DNA of 64,000 nucleotides from Terriglobia bacterium (GTDB taxonomy: Bacteria; Acidobacteriota; Terriglobia; Bryobacterales; Bryobacteraceae), in NCBI GenBank assembly GCA_020073365.1, contig JAIQFL010000010.1, positions 145 through 64,144 of the forward strand, read 5' to 3'. A program made the position numbers and the translations under genes. Position 1 is the stretch's first letter; each line of letters starts with the position of its first letter. Of this stretch, positions 17,679 through 27,185 are shown piece by piece. Under the pieces are notes generated by a model that was given only the letters and a program-made list of their open reading frames with translations, was not told the DNA's origin and made no database searches.

Positions 17679-18545
17679 CTACGGCTTGCCGCCGCGCTTC
17701 TGCCGCGCCAGTTCGGCGTAAAACTGCTTCTCTTTGAGATCGATGTAGGCCAGGTAGCCCGCGGGATCGAGGAACGGATTCGCGCCGCCCTTCTGCAGCT
17801 TCGCATATTTTGCATCCAGATCGTAAAACGCGCCGTGCGCCGCCAGGAAAATGTCGCAGGGCAGCTTGCGCAGCGTGGCGAAGCTGCGTACGTAGTCGTC
17901 GGCGATCTGCGGGTAGTCCTTGTTATTCACCAGCACGTAGCCGGGGTTCCACCCCACGCTGCACACGATCACCACGTCGTAGGTCTTGCCAGCTTCGGTC
18001 GCCTTCATCGACCACGTGGTGCAACCTTTCGTGTGGCCCGCAGTCAGGTGCGCTGTCAGCGTGGAGCCGCCCAGTTTGACCTCGTCGCCATCATGCAGCA
18101 CGCGATCGATGGGATGCGGCTTGCCTCCAGGCATCATCTTCTTCAGCGCGGGGACATCCTGCTCCATGGCCATTACGCGGCCGGCGGTCAGTTCCTTGAC
18201 CATCGCGTCGCCCTCCATGTGATCGCCGTGCGCGTGGCTGCCCAGGATAATCTTGATGTCGGTGAACTTGAATCCCAGCTTCTCGACCCCCGCGCGGATC
18301 ACCGGCACGGTTTCCTCGAAGTCGGTGTTGACCAGAATGTGGCCCTCCGGCGTGGTGATCAGGTAACTCCCCAGGTTGACCGAGCCCACGAAATAAACGT
18401 TGCCGATCACCTTGTGAGGGGGGAACGGCTTGCTCCAGTCGGAACGGGTGTTCTGTTGCGCCGCGAGCGGCAGGGTGGCCAACAGGGCCACCATCGAGCA
18501 GCGAACACAGGCGCTGGAGCTTCGCGCAAAGGAAGTGGCGTTCAT
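17679..18545 (-). CDS. subclass B3 metallo-beta-lactamase family protein
   Basis: 288 aa with signal peptide. GSHAHGDHMEG (HxHxDH), AGHTKGCTTW, LAAHGAFYD. This matches the B3 zinc-ligand pattern. Confidence 0.85.
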   Translation of the reverse strand: MNATSFARSSSACVRCSMVALLATLPLAAQQNTRSDWSKPFPPHKVIGNVYFVGSVNLGSYLITTPEGHILVNTDFEETVPVIRAGVEKLGFKFTDIKIILGSHAHGDHMEGDAMVKELTAGRVMAMEQDVPALKKMMPGGKPHPIDRVLHDGDEVKLGGSTLTAHLTAGHTKGCTTWSMKATEAGKTYDVVIVCSVGWNPGYVLVNNKDYPQIADDYVRSFATLRKLPCDIFLAAHGAFYDLDAKYAKLQKGGANPFLDPAGYLAYIDLKEKQFYAELARQKRGGKP

Positions 18546-18572
18546 AGCGCTTCAGCATATCGCAATGTCGGC

Positions 18573-21247
18573 TCAATCGTCGCGCAGGGCGATCATCGGA
18601 TCGAGTCGGGCGGCGCGCCGGGCAGGCAGGACGCTTCCCATCGCGGCGGCTGCTGCGAGCGCGACGGCCGCGGCTCCGAGTCGCCAGGGATCGCGAGCCG
18701 AGACGCCAAAGAGCAGCGAGGCCGCGGCGTCTGCGGCCGCCAGCGAGCAGGCCAGACCGATCGCTAGACCGAGGACTACCAGCAGCGCAGCTTCCTTGAG
18801 CACCAGCCCCACGATCTGATTGCGTGTCGCTCCCAAAGCCACGCGGATGCCGATTTCGTTGCGCCGCCGCACCGCGTGGTACGCCAGGACCCCGTACAAG
18901 CCGATGCTGGCGAGCACCGCGGCCAGCGCCCCGAAGAAGCCGGAGAGCGCCGCCAGGAGACGCTCCCGCACCAAACTGTCGGAGATACGCTGCTGGAACA
19001 CCCCGAACTGCATACCGGTCCCCGGCCGCCACGCTGCGATGCGGCGGCGTACGGCCGCCTCCACCGTCGATAGCGGCGCCCCAGACCGAATGTACATCAT
19101 GGTTCCCGCGGGTCCCGGCGGGTATTGACTTGCCGGCCCGTAGGCCATGGGCGGCTCTGGCTCCTGCAAGGAGAAGTACCGCGTGTTTCTGATGAGACCC
19201 ACCACCTGATACTCCGCTTCGGGATAGTGAGGTTCCGGCGCAGTACGAAACGTTTTACCGATGACGTCGACGCCGGGAAAGAATATCTTGGCAAACTGCT
19301 GGTTGACGACGGCCACTTTGGGCGACGTCTCGCTGTCGTAGCTGGTGAAGTCGCGCCCCGCCAGGATGGGCGTTTGGACCGTGGTGAAGTATCCGGGCGT
19401 GACCCACGTGAACTTCGATTCCGCCTTTACGACGCCGCTGCCGGTTCGGATGCCCAGGCTCCAACTGCCGCCTCCGAGCAGAAAATTAGTAGTCGCCGCT
19501 GCGGATTCCACTTGTGGCGTGGAACGCACTTCTTCGAGCAGTTGGCGGAGGAGCGGCGCTTGCCGCGGAATCTCGAAGTTTGCGATGAGTAGGCCTTCGG
19601 CCCGAAAGCCCGGGTCTAAGGTGGCGAGGCGGCGAAAGCTGCCCACAAACAGCAGGGCTCCAGTCACCAGCACGAGCGAAACCGACACCTGAACCACCAC
19701 CAGAAACCGCTGAAAACCAAAACGGGCGCGATCCGTGGTGAGGCCGCGGCCGCCGCGCTTGACGGCTGCCGCAGGTTGAGCCCGCGAGCCGCGCAGCGCG
19801 GGCACAAGTCCAAATAGAATACATGTGGCGGAGGCGACGGCCGCGGTGAAAGTGAGGATCCGCCAATCCAACACCAGGTCGAGATGCAAGGGATTGTTCC
19901 GGGTGCTGAGGAAGCTCAGGATGCCGCGGCTGAGAGCAGCCGCCACGAACAGGCCGAGCACTGCGCCGGATGCCGCCAACGCCAGGCTTTCCGTAAGCGA
20001 TTGGCGAATGAGCCGGCCGCGCCCGGCGCCGAGAGCCACCCGCACCGCGAACTCGCGCTCCCGCGCTCCCGACCGCGCCAGCATCAGGTTTGCCAGATTG
20101 GCGCACGCGATCAGAAGCACCAGGCCGGTGAGGCCCAACAGAAGCCAGAGTGAGCGATCGTATTCTTCCCGTAAACGGCTCACACCCGTGGCGCCGGGAA
20201 GCGCTGTCAGGCGGAAGCCGAGATAGCGCTTCATCGAACCGCGAGAGTAACCGGTGGGCACGGTGGCCTGCATGATGTCCGGACTGATGACTTGAAGCTG
20301 CTCGGTAGCGCGGGCGAGGGTCCAGCCGGGATTGAGCCTGCCCATCACGTTCAGCCAGTAGTAGTCCTTGCGCTCGAAGGGCGGTTGGTCGCGCGGGTGG
20401 AGAATGCTCAGGGAGCAGAGAGGCAGCGCGAGATCGAATCTCGGCCCGACTTCCGGTCCTGAGAATCCCGCGGGTGTGACGCCGATGATTTCAAGCGGCT
20501 GGTCGTCGACCATCACACGCGAGCCAATTGCGGAAAGCTGGCCGGCGAATTCACTTTGCCAAAACGTGTAGCCCAGCACTACAGTGGGCGCCGGGCAGCC
20601 TCGCTGATCGTCTTCCTTGCCGAAGAGGCGGCCCGCGGCGGGCGGTATCCCCAGCGTGGAAAAAAATTCTCCGCTCACCCGAAGAACCGGAGCCGGGTGC
20701 GATTGCTCCGCAGTACCAATCCGCTCGGCTAAGTACCCGCTGTCCCAAGCGAGCACGCCCGAAAACGCCTGTTGATGCTCACGGATCTGTTCGAATAGCG
20801 GATAGCTGAGATTGTCCGGATAGTGCGAAACGCCAAAGCCGCGGCCATTCCCGATCTGGATGCGGGCGAGTCTCTGCGGCTCGGCAACCGGAAGGGTCCG
20901 CAGACGTACGGCATCGAGCAGTTGGAAGATGGCCGAGTTGGCGCCCATACCGAGCGCAAGCGTAGCGATGGCCGCAAGCGTGAAGGCCGGCGTCTTCCGC
21001 AGGGTTCGAGCGGTGTATAGCAGGTCCTGGAGGGTGAATTCCAACCACAAAGTGCCGCGCGCGTCGCGGCAGTCCTCCTTGATTGGTTCCAGTCCACCGA
21101 ATTCCTGGCGAGCCTGGCGATACCCTCTCCTTCGCTCAGGCCGCCCCTACTGAGGGCTGCCACGCGCTCCTCGATGTGAAACTGAAGCTCCTTGGCAAGT
21201 TGTTGCTCCAATTCTTTGCGGCGCCACAGGCGTTGCCACCAGGTCAT
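18573..21247 (-). pseudogene. ADOP family permease, N-terminal prefix separated from the body by a 1-nt frameshift
   Basis: Frame A (21247 downward): MTWWQRLWRRKELEQQLAKELQFHIEERVAALSRGG.... Frame B (ORF 18573..21050, open from 21146): ...PERRRGYRQARQEFGGLEPIKEDCRDARGTLWLEFTLQDLLYTARTLRKTPAF.... Both parts align with the single-frame N-terminus of the 14884..17586 paralog. Confidence 0.7.
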
Positions 21248-21381
21248 TTTGGGCTCCTTTCAGCCATGATTAGTGCGCCATTTCAGAAGTGTGGTTGCGT
21301 ATTTCTGCGAGCCTCGACCGTCAGGGAGCGGTCCGGCCGGAATACGCTGCCCAACTGATCAAACGAGGGCCCAGTGACTGT

Positions 21382-21435
21382 ATACCTTTCACTTCTACCT
21401 ATTTGTACCCGATAATGAGTAGAAGCGCAAGGTAT
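21382..21435 (-). promoter_or_regulatory. second copy of the ADOP-upstream promoter/inverted-repeat module
   Basis: Minus strand: ATACCTTGCGCTTCTAC-N20-GTAGAAGTGAAAGGTAT. TTGCGC, 17-nt spacer, TACAAA. Lies about 135 nt upstream of ATG 21247. Confidence 0.45.
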
Positions 21436-21519
21436 GGTTCTTTTTCACGGGATTCTCGTCGAACTCGCATATCGGCGCCGCCGCGCTAGAATAGATTCAG
21501 ATAACGGTCTCTCGAATCT

Positions 21520-22623
21520 ATGGAAACGCTGGCTCAGCAGTTGACCCGCCAGACGCGCGAATCGGAACTGTATCGGCCGCTCGACCGAAACCGCGTGGAA
21601 TGCTTCGCGTGCGGGCACCGCTGTCCCATCGCCCCGGGATTCGCGGGCGTTTGCAGGGTCCGCTACAATCGGGACGGCAAGCTCTACGCACCCTATGGGT
21701 ACGTGAATTCGGCCTATTCCGACCCCATCGAGAAGAAGCCATTCTTCCACGCTTTGCCGGGGAGCCGCGCCCTGAGCTTCGGAATGCTGGGCTGCGATCT
21801 GCACTGCGGATACTGCCAGAACTGGGTCAGTTCCCAAGCCCTTCGCGATTTCCGCTCCAGCCTGGACTTCCAGCCCCTCGATCCCCGAGACCTGGTGAAA
21901 CTGGCGCTGCGCCAGCGCGCCACTTGCCTGGTGAGCACGTACAACGAGCCACTGATCACCGCAGAGTGGGCGGTAGCCGTTTTCAAGGAGGCTAAGGCGG
22001 CCTCGCTGGCGACCGGATTTGTATCCAACGGGAACGCCACTCCGGAGGTGCTGGAATACATCCGGCCGTGGGTCGACCTGTATAAGGTTGACCTCAAGAG
22101 CTTCAGCGACCGGCGGTACCACGAACTGGGCGGGCGGATCGGCCCGGTCCTGGACTCCATTCGCCGGATTCACCAGATGGGCTTCTGGCTGGAGATCGTG
22201 ACCCTGATAGTTCCGGAGTTTAACGACTCCGACACGGAACTGCGCGAAATCGCCGAATTTCTGGCGGGCATCTCGGTGGATATTCCGTGGCACGTCACGG
22301 CATTCCACAAGGACTATAAGATGACGGGACCGGAGAACACTCCCGCGGCCACGCTGCTGCGCGCCGCCCGGATTGGGCAGGCAGCGGGCCTGCGGTATGT
22401 CTATGCGGGGAACCTTCCGGGGGAGACGGGAGGGCTCGAGAATACCCGGTGCCCGTCTTGCCAGAGTACCGTCATCGAAAGGCGGGGCTTCCGCGTGTTG
22501 CGGAATCGCCTGGCACAGGGAGGCAAGTGCCCCGCTTGCGGGACGACGATTCCGGGGGTCTGGAGTGGCCCGCCCCGCCAGAGCGCGGAGAACGCGGATC
22601 TGGTTCATATTCGCTGCGGCTGA
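21520..22623 (+). CDS. amrS: AmmeMemoRadiSam system radical SAM enzyme
   Basis: 367 aa. Radical SAM CX3CX2C in GMLGCDLHCGYCQNW. N-terminal Cys cluster CFACGHRCPIAPGFAGVC. C-terminal CPSC...CPAC. Adjacent to Memo/AMMECR1 genes. Confidence 0.85.
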   Translation: METLAQQLTRQTRESELYRPLDRNRVECFACGHRCPIAPGFAGVCRVRYNRDGKLYAPYGYVNSAYSDPIEKKPFFHALPGSRALSFGMLGCDLHCGYCQNWVSSQALRDFRSSLDFQPLDPRDLVKLALRQRATCLVSTYNEPLITAEWAVAVFKEAKAASLATGFVSNGNATPEVLEYIRPWVDLYKVDLKSFSDRRYHELGGRIGPVLDSIRRIHQMGFWLEIVTLIVPEFNDSDTELREIAEFLAGISVDIPWHVTAFHKDYKMTGPENTPAATLLRAARIGQAAGLRYVYAGNLPGETGGLENTRCPSCQSTVIERRGFRVLRNRLAQGGKCPACGTTIPGVWSGPPRQSAENADLVHIRCG

Positions 22624-22629
22624 ATCGCC

Positions 22630-24093
22630 ATGGGCGCCATTCACATCTCGCCGTTCGCCGGCTCCTGGTATCCCGAGCACCGCTCGGAACTGGAAAGGCT
22701 GCTGGCGGAGCGCTTCGGGCAATCACGCCAGCGAACCGGACCATTTCTGCGGCCCGGCGGCCTGGCTTTCGTAATGCCGCATGCGGGTCCTGCCTATTCC
22801 GGCACGGTGGCCAGCGCGGTGTACCGCGCGGTAGAGCACCAAAAGCCGGAACAGATTGTGCTGCTGGCGTTTCCCCACCGGGGATTTCTCAAGGGCGTCG
22901 TGACGCCCGACGTGGAGGCCATCTCGACTCCGCTGGGAGAAGTTGCCATCGACCGGGCGTTCGCGCGCGAGTTCCGAACGGTACCGGAAGCGCGGGTGTG
23001 CGATCACTCCTTCGAAATTCAGTTGCCCTATCTGCAAATGACCGTGCCCGGCGCGCGTGTGACGCCGCTTTACGTGGGCGAGATGACCGCCGGGGAGCGC
23101 GGAGCGGCGGCCGATGTGCTGGCGGCGGCATGGCGGCCCGGCGTGGTATTTCTGGCGTCCTCGGACTTCACCCACTACGGTCCCCGTTTCGAGCACGTGC
23201 CGTTTGCTGCCGATCGGAATACCGCGGAGCGTTTGCGCGAGCTGGATTTTGAGTACATCGAGGCGGCCGGCAGCCTGGACTCCTCCCGGTTTCTGGACAC
23301 GCTACGCCAGCATAAAGCGACGGTCTGCGGCGCATCCCCGATCGCTCTGCTGCTGGATACTCTCGAACGCCTCGGCGGTGAGGAGATTTACCAATCCACG
23401 CTGGACTACCAGACATCCGGCGACCTCACCGGCGATTGGGAGGATTCGGTGAGCTACGCGGCCCTGGGTTACTATCGCCGCCAGGCATTTGAACTGGACG
23501 AGACGGACCGGGAAGCACTTCTGGATAGCGCCGCTGAAACCCTGCGGCGATTGCGGGAAGAAGGCAGCCTGGAAGCTATTCCGGCGCGCGGCGGGTCCGT
23601 GGCGTTGACTGCCCGGTGCGGGGCGTTCGTCAGCCTGCATCAGGGCGAAGAACTGCTGGGCTGTATCGGCAACCTGCTGGGCCGGGGTCCGCTGGTCGAA
23701 GAGGTGGCGCAGCTTGCGCTCGCGGCGGCGCTGGACGACCCGCGCTTCCGCCAGGCGGCATCCGTTCAAGGACCCATCGATATAGAGATTTCCGTGCTCA
23801 CGCCATTCCGGTGGATTCGCGGCGCGGAGGAGTTTTCCGTGGGTAAGCATGGCGCCTTGTTGAAGCTCGGCAAGCATGCGGGGCTCCTTCTGCCGCAGGT
23901 GGCGGAAGGCCGCGACTGGACGGCCGAGGACTTCCTGCGCGCCGTGGCCAGGAAGAGCAATCTGGGTCCGAGCGCGTGGCGCGATCCGCGGGCGCGGTTG
24001 TCGGTGTTCGAGGCGCAGATATTTGCCAGAAAGAATATTCCGCCCAAAATGCACACGGTGCCAAGTCCGTCGCCATCAAAAGCGAAATCCTAA
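22630..24093 (+). CDS. fused AmmeMemoRadiSam system protein B (Memo-like) and protein A (AMMECR1 domain)
   Basis: 487 aa. Memo motifs: SPFAGSWYPE, FVMPHAGPAYSG. AMMECR1 motifs: CGAFVSLHQGEELLGCIGN, LDDPRF, GLLLPQV. Confidence 0.85.
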   Translation: MGAIHISPFAGSWYPEHRSELERLLAERFGQSRQRTGPFLRPGGLAFVMPHAGPAYSGTVASAVYRAVEHQKPEQIVLLAFPHRGFLKGVVTPDVEAISTPLGEVAIDRAFAREFRTVPEARVCDHSFEIQLPYLQMTVPGARVTPLYVGEMTAGERGAAADVLAAAWRPGVVFLASSDFTHYGPRFEHVPFAADRNTAERLRELDFEYIEAAGSLDSSRFLDTLRQHKATVCGASPIALLLDTLERLGGEEIYQSTLDYQTSGDLTGDWEDSVSYAALGYYRRQAFELDETDREALLDSAAETLRRLREEGSLEAIPARGGSVALTARCGAFVSLHQGEELLGCIGNLLGRGPLVEEVAQLALAAALDDPRFRQAASVQGPIDIEISVLTPFRWIRGAEEFSVGKHGALLKLGKHAGLLLPQVAEGRDWTAEDFLRAVARKSNLGPSAWRDPRARLSVFEAQIFARKNIPPKMHTVPSPSPSKAKS

Positions 24094-24154
24094 TGAGCGC
24101 CCCTGGCTGCCTTCCAAGGCTCGGAGGTGCCGTTACTTCGCTCTCGATGCTGGT

Positions 24155-24682
24155 TTACGGAAACAGGCCGGCGGCGGCCTTCATGGGGAGAAAAAGACGA
24201 CCAGCGATCGAGGGAAACGCCACAAACCCGAAATGCCGGTAGAACTCCGCGGCACCCGCATCGATTGCGTCTACAACCACCACTGCAGCGGCGACCACTG
24301 CTGATTGCACCAGCGCGCGGTGCAGGGCATCCATGAGAAGAAATTCGCCGATGCCTTGTCCTTGGTGACGCCGGTCTACGGCAAGCCGGCCGAGCAGCGT
24401 AGCCGGAATCAGGGGATAGCGCGGGAGTCTCTTCGCCACCTCAACAGGCAACTCGCCGATATCCACGCCATAGCTCGACAGTGTGTAATAACCAAGGATC
24501 GAAGGGTCGCCGCGCCTCGGCGCCAAGACGAAAGGTATGGCACAGGCACGGCGGAGATCCTGCCCTGCCTGTTCCTTCAGGTAGCGGTCGAGGGAGGCAT
24601 TGCCGCACAAGAAGTCCGCTCGGTTGTGGTGGTTGCCAAGAGGTTCAATCACCCATTCCGATGGATGTCGCAGGGCTGGCAT
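24155..24682 (-). CDS. GNAT-family acetyltransferase toxin (TacT-like)
   Basis: 175 aa. RLAVDRRHQGQGIGEFLLMDALHRAL (acetyl-CoA binding region). Starts on the base after the stop of the DUF1778 gene. Confidence 0.8.
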   Translation of the reverse strand: MPALRHPSEWVIEPLGNHHNRADFLCGNASLDRYLKEQAGQDLRRACAIPFVLAPRRGDPSILGYYTLSSYGVDIGELPVEVAKRLPRYPLIPATLLGRLAVDRRHQGQGIGEFLLMDALHRALVQSAVVAAAVVVVDAIDAGAAEFYRHFGFVAFPSIAGRLFLPMKAAAGLFP

Positions 24683-24976
24683 TTAGATGCCAGTGATGCT
24701 CCTGTACCGCCTGGCGGCTTGCCGGAGTCTCTTGTTGGGTGGATTCGGTCTTAGCAGCGCCGCCACGAAGACCTGGCGATCGCGGCCGCTCAGCGTGAGG
24801 ACCTCATGCTCTCGGACGGTACGGGCCGCGACTTCCTGGGCACTGCTCACAACGAAATCCGTCAGTGAGCGGCCGGTGAGATCCGCCGCATGCTGGAACA
24901 GGGCCTTCTGCTCGTCCGTGAGCCGGGCTTCAAGCCTTGCCGTCTTGGCGGCGATCTGTGTAGTTTCGTTTATCAT
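24683..24976 (-). CDS. DUF1778-family antitoxin (TacA-like)
   Basis: 97 aa. RLEARLTDEQKALFQHAADLTGRSLTDFVVSSAQEVA is a typical RHH/DUF1778 N-terminus. Confidence 0.8.
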   Translation of the reverse strand: MINETTQIAAKTARLEARLTDEQKALFQHAADLTGRSLTDFVVSSAQEVAARTVREHEVLTLSGRDRQVFVAALLRPNPPNKRLRQAARRYRSITGI

Positions 24977-24995
24977 GCCTGGTGGGCCCTTTTAT

Positions 24996-25024
24996 ACTGT
25001 ACGGCACAAGGCCGTACAAGTCAA
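24996..25024 (-). promoter_or_regulatory. tacAT promoter with perfect 8-bp inverted repeat in the spacer
   Basis: Minus strand: TTGACT (25024-25019), 17-nt spacer, TACAGT (25001-24996). The spacer contains TGTACGGC-N5-GCCGTACA (24998-25018). About 20 nt upstream of ATG 24976. Confidence 0.45.
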
Positions 25025-25046
25025 GAAAGGTTCCGGAAGTCCGCTC

Positions 25047-26312
25047 TCAGACAGTCCCGGCGTCCCGCATAAGTTGTTTGATGGCGGCGCCACGCGCGGC
25101 CTGCCACGGAGTCAGACCCTGGTTCCCCCTGGAGTGCACATCGGCCCCTCGTGACAGGAGGAGGGCAACCAGCTCCGGCTTGCCGCAATTGACAGCGCGC
25201 CGCAGGGGGGTGTCCCCCGCGATATCCCGCGCCTCGAGGTCCGCCCCGCAATCCAGCAGGGCTTCGGCTACCCGGGCGTTCCCCCGCCGAGCGGCCATGT
25301 GCAGGGCGGTGCAGCGTTTCACATCTGCCCGGGCGTTCACGTCCGCTCCGCCGTGTACCAGCGCACGAACGACAGCTCCGCCATTCTCATCACTATAGGC
25401 ATTGCCCACGGAATAGAGCGGTGTGTGTCCGAATCCGGCCCTGGCATTCGGGTCTGCGCCGAGGCGCAGAAGCAACTCCACGATCGTGAGACTTCCCGCG
25501 CCGGCCGCGTCATGCAGCAAGGTACGGCCATAGGTATAGGTTTCGCGCGCGATTCCGGGATCGGCGGACAGCTTGGTGCGGACATAGTCCAGCAGGATGC
25601 TGTTGCCACTCCCGCCCATGATGGCAAGCAGGCTCAGAAATGCCGCGCGATCATCCTGGAAACAGCTCTGCAAGATAGGGCTCTCTGCCAGCGTCACGGC
25701 ACGATGGACGTCGCCCTTCCGGACGGCCGCTACCGCGGCCTCAATGGTACGCATGCCATCCCACCGCCGCGCGACTTCTTCGATGATGCGGGTTGCCGAG
25801 TCCTTTCCGGAAACCACGGCGGAATGCCCCGCGGCTAGCGGCTCCCTGCTGAGTTCGAGCGAAAGAGCGGATTCGTCGGCCGTCCCTTTGGGGTGGTTCA
25901 CCAGATAGGCCGATGCCTGTTCGAAGAAGCGATACAAGGAGCTTCGCGCAGGCTCCGGGATTTTGAGATCGTCCAGAGCCTGGTGCATGTCCTTCAGCCA
26001 GGCATCTCTGTGCTCTCGCCCGATTTTGAAGCGCAGGTGCGCTTCCCGCAGGCTCAACGACCAACGACGCCTGGAGTATTCCTGGGGGCCGCCGGCAAGC
26101 TGGGTGAGGAAGGCCCCAAGCACTTCCATGGGGCACTTGAGCGTCCGTGGATACAGAGGACGCAGGATAGGATCGTGTTCCACCTGGGAATAAAATGCCG
26201 CCGAGAGCTTGCGGCCAGCGCCCATTCCTCCCATAGCCTGATACAGGTCAGAGCCGGGCTGGGCTGTTGTGGAAGGAGAGGCAGGCTCCCGATCCTTATT
26301 TCGATCCGCCAT
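25047..26312 (-). CDS. truncated-hemoglobin-like globin domain fused to ankyrin repeats
   Basis: 421 aa. N-terminus LYQAMGGMGAGRKLSAAFYSQVEHDPILRPLY...SLREAHLRFKIGREHRDAWL (trHb-like proximal His region). C-terminal ANK repeats: GRTLLHDAAGAGSLTIVELLLRLGADPNA, CTALHMAARRGNARVAEALLDCGADLEA, DTPLRRAVNCGKPELVALLLSRGADVHS. Confidence 0.75.
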   Translation of the reverse strand: MADRNKDREPASPSTTAQPGSDLYQAMGGMGAGRKLSAAFYSQVEHDPILRPLYPRTLKCPMEVLGAFLTQLAGGPQEYSRRRWSLSLREAHLRFKIGREHRDAWLKDMHQALDDLKIPEPARSSLYRFFEQASAYLVNHPKGTADESALSLELSREPLAAGHSAVVSGKDSATRIIEEVARRWDGMRTIEAAVAAVRKGDVHRAVTLAESPILQSCFQDDRAAFLSLLAIMGGSGNSILLDYVRTKLSADPGIARETYTYGRTLLHDAAGAGSLTIVELLLRLGADPNARAGFGHTPLYSVGNAYSDENGGAVVRALVHGGADVNARADVKRCTALHMAARRGNARVAEALLDCGADLEARDIAGDTPLRRAVNCGKPELVALLLSRGADVHSRGNQGLTPWQAARGAAIKQLMRDAGTV

Positions 26313-26403
26313 TACCCGATTTTATGCTGTTAGGCGAGTCTGGAGGCGATTACCATCCCTGACAGGTGCGACGGCCGGTTTCCGGCTGTTTTCGACTTGC
26401 CAG

Positions 26404-27057
26404 CTACGGCGTTACCTTCACGCTGAACTTATCGGTGTCCGTGAGTCCGTCCGCGCCGGATGCTACCAACGTGAATTTCATGGATGCGGGAGGGTAGAAG
26501 CGAACACAGTTCTTGGCGATGGGCGCCAGGCCCCAGCCGATGGGGTCCAGGCGAACGGCTTTGGCGTGGGCCACCCCGTAGCACACGGTGACCGCGTCGC
26601 CCTTCTGAATCTCCTTGTGGCTCACCGCCATAAACACGATCGACGGCGGCGCGGGCTTCACACGCACCTGGAAGGATGCCGAGGCCTGGCTGCCGTCGAA
26701 GCCATCGGCGATCAGTTTGTAGGTGGTGTCCTGGCGCGGCTCCGCCCAGAAGCAGCGGGTCGCCGTGGGCCAGAGGGTTTCGATGGGTGGTTCCATACGC
26801 ACGGTTTTGGCGTTCTCCACTCCATAGCAGATGGTATTGCGGTCGGCGTCGGTCATTTCGCCGGATATGGCATAGAACTGCGTGATCCGGACGGCGGTGC
26901 CGGAATCGTTTTGATCCGCGAGGCTGCCGCGGCTGTGCCGGGCTTCCAGAGTGTGCGCCATGCGGAGATCTCCGTTGTGGCGCTCGATCCATACCCATCC
27001 GAGACGCACAGTCCCGATCCCGAGCACGATCCAGATCGCTATGCCGATCCGCTTCAT
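26404..27057 (-). CDS. membrane-anchored protein with two tandem Ig-like repeats, hypothetical
   Basis: ORF trimmed to MKRIGIAIWIVLGIGTV (TM anchor). Internal duplication: ICYGVENAKTVRMEP...YKLIADGFDGSQASASFQVRV versus VCYGVAHAKAVRLDP...FTLVASGADGLTDTDKFSVKV. Confidence 0.6.
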   Translation of the reverse strand: MKRIGIAIWIVLGIGTVRLGWVWIERHNGDLRMAHTLEARHSRGSLADQNDSGTAVRITQFYAISGEMTDADRNTICYGVENAKTVRMEPPIETLWPTATRCFWAEPRQDTTYKLIADGFDGSQASASFQVRVKPAPPSIVFMAVSHKEIQKGDAVTVCYGVAHAKAVRLDPIGWGLAPIAKNCVRFYPPASMKFTLVASGADGLTDTDKFSVKVTP

Positions 27058-27125
27058 ATAGTACGGGCCTTCCGGCCTGCCTCTATTCAGTATTTGACAC
27101 CGGAAACTCCGGATTGGATCCCCCA

Positions 27126-27166
27126 TTGACACTTTCCATCCTGTTGCTGTAAAAATAGAGTACAGG
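27126..27166 (+). promoter_or_regulatory. candidate imuA promoter with overlapping CTGT-N11-ACAG palindrome
   Basis: TTGACA at 27126-27131, 18-nt spacer, TAAAAA(T) at 27150. CTGTA-N9-TACAG spans 27147-27165 and overlaps the -10. About 20 nt upstream of ATG 27186. Confidence 0.3.
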
Positions 27167-27185
27167 CGAAGAAATAGCGAAAATC

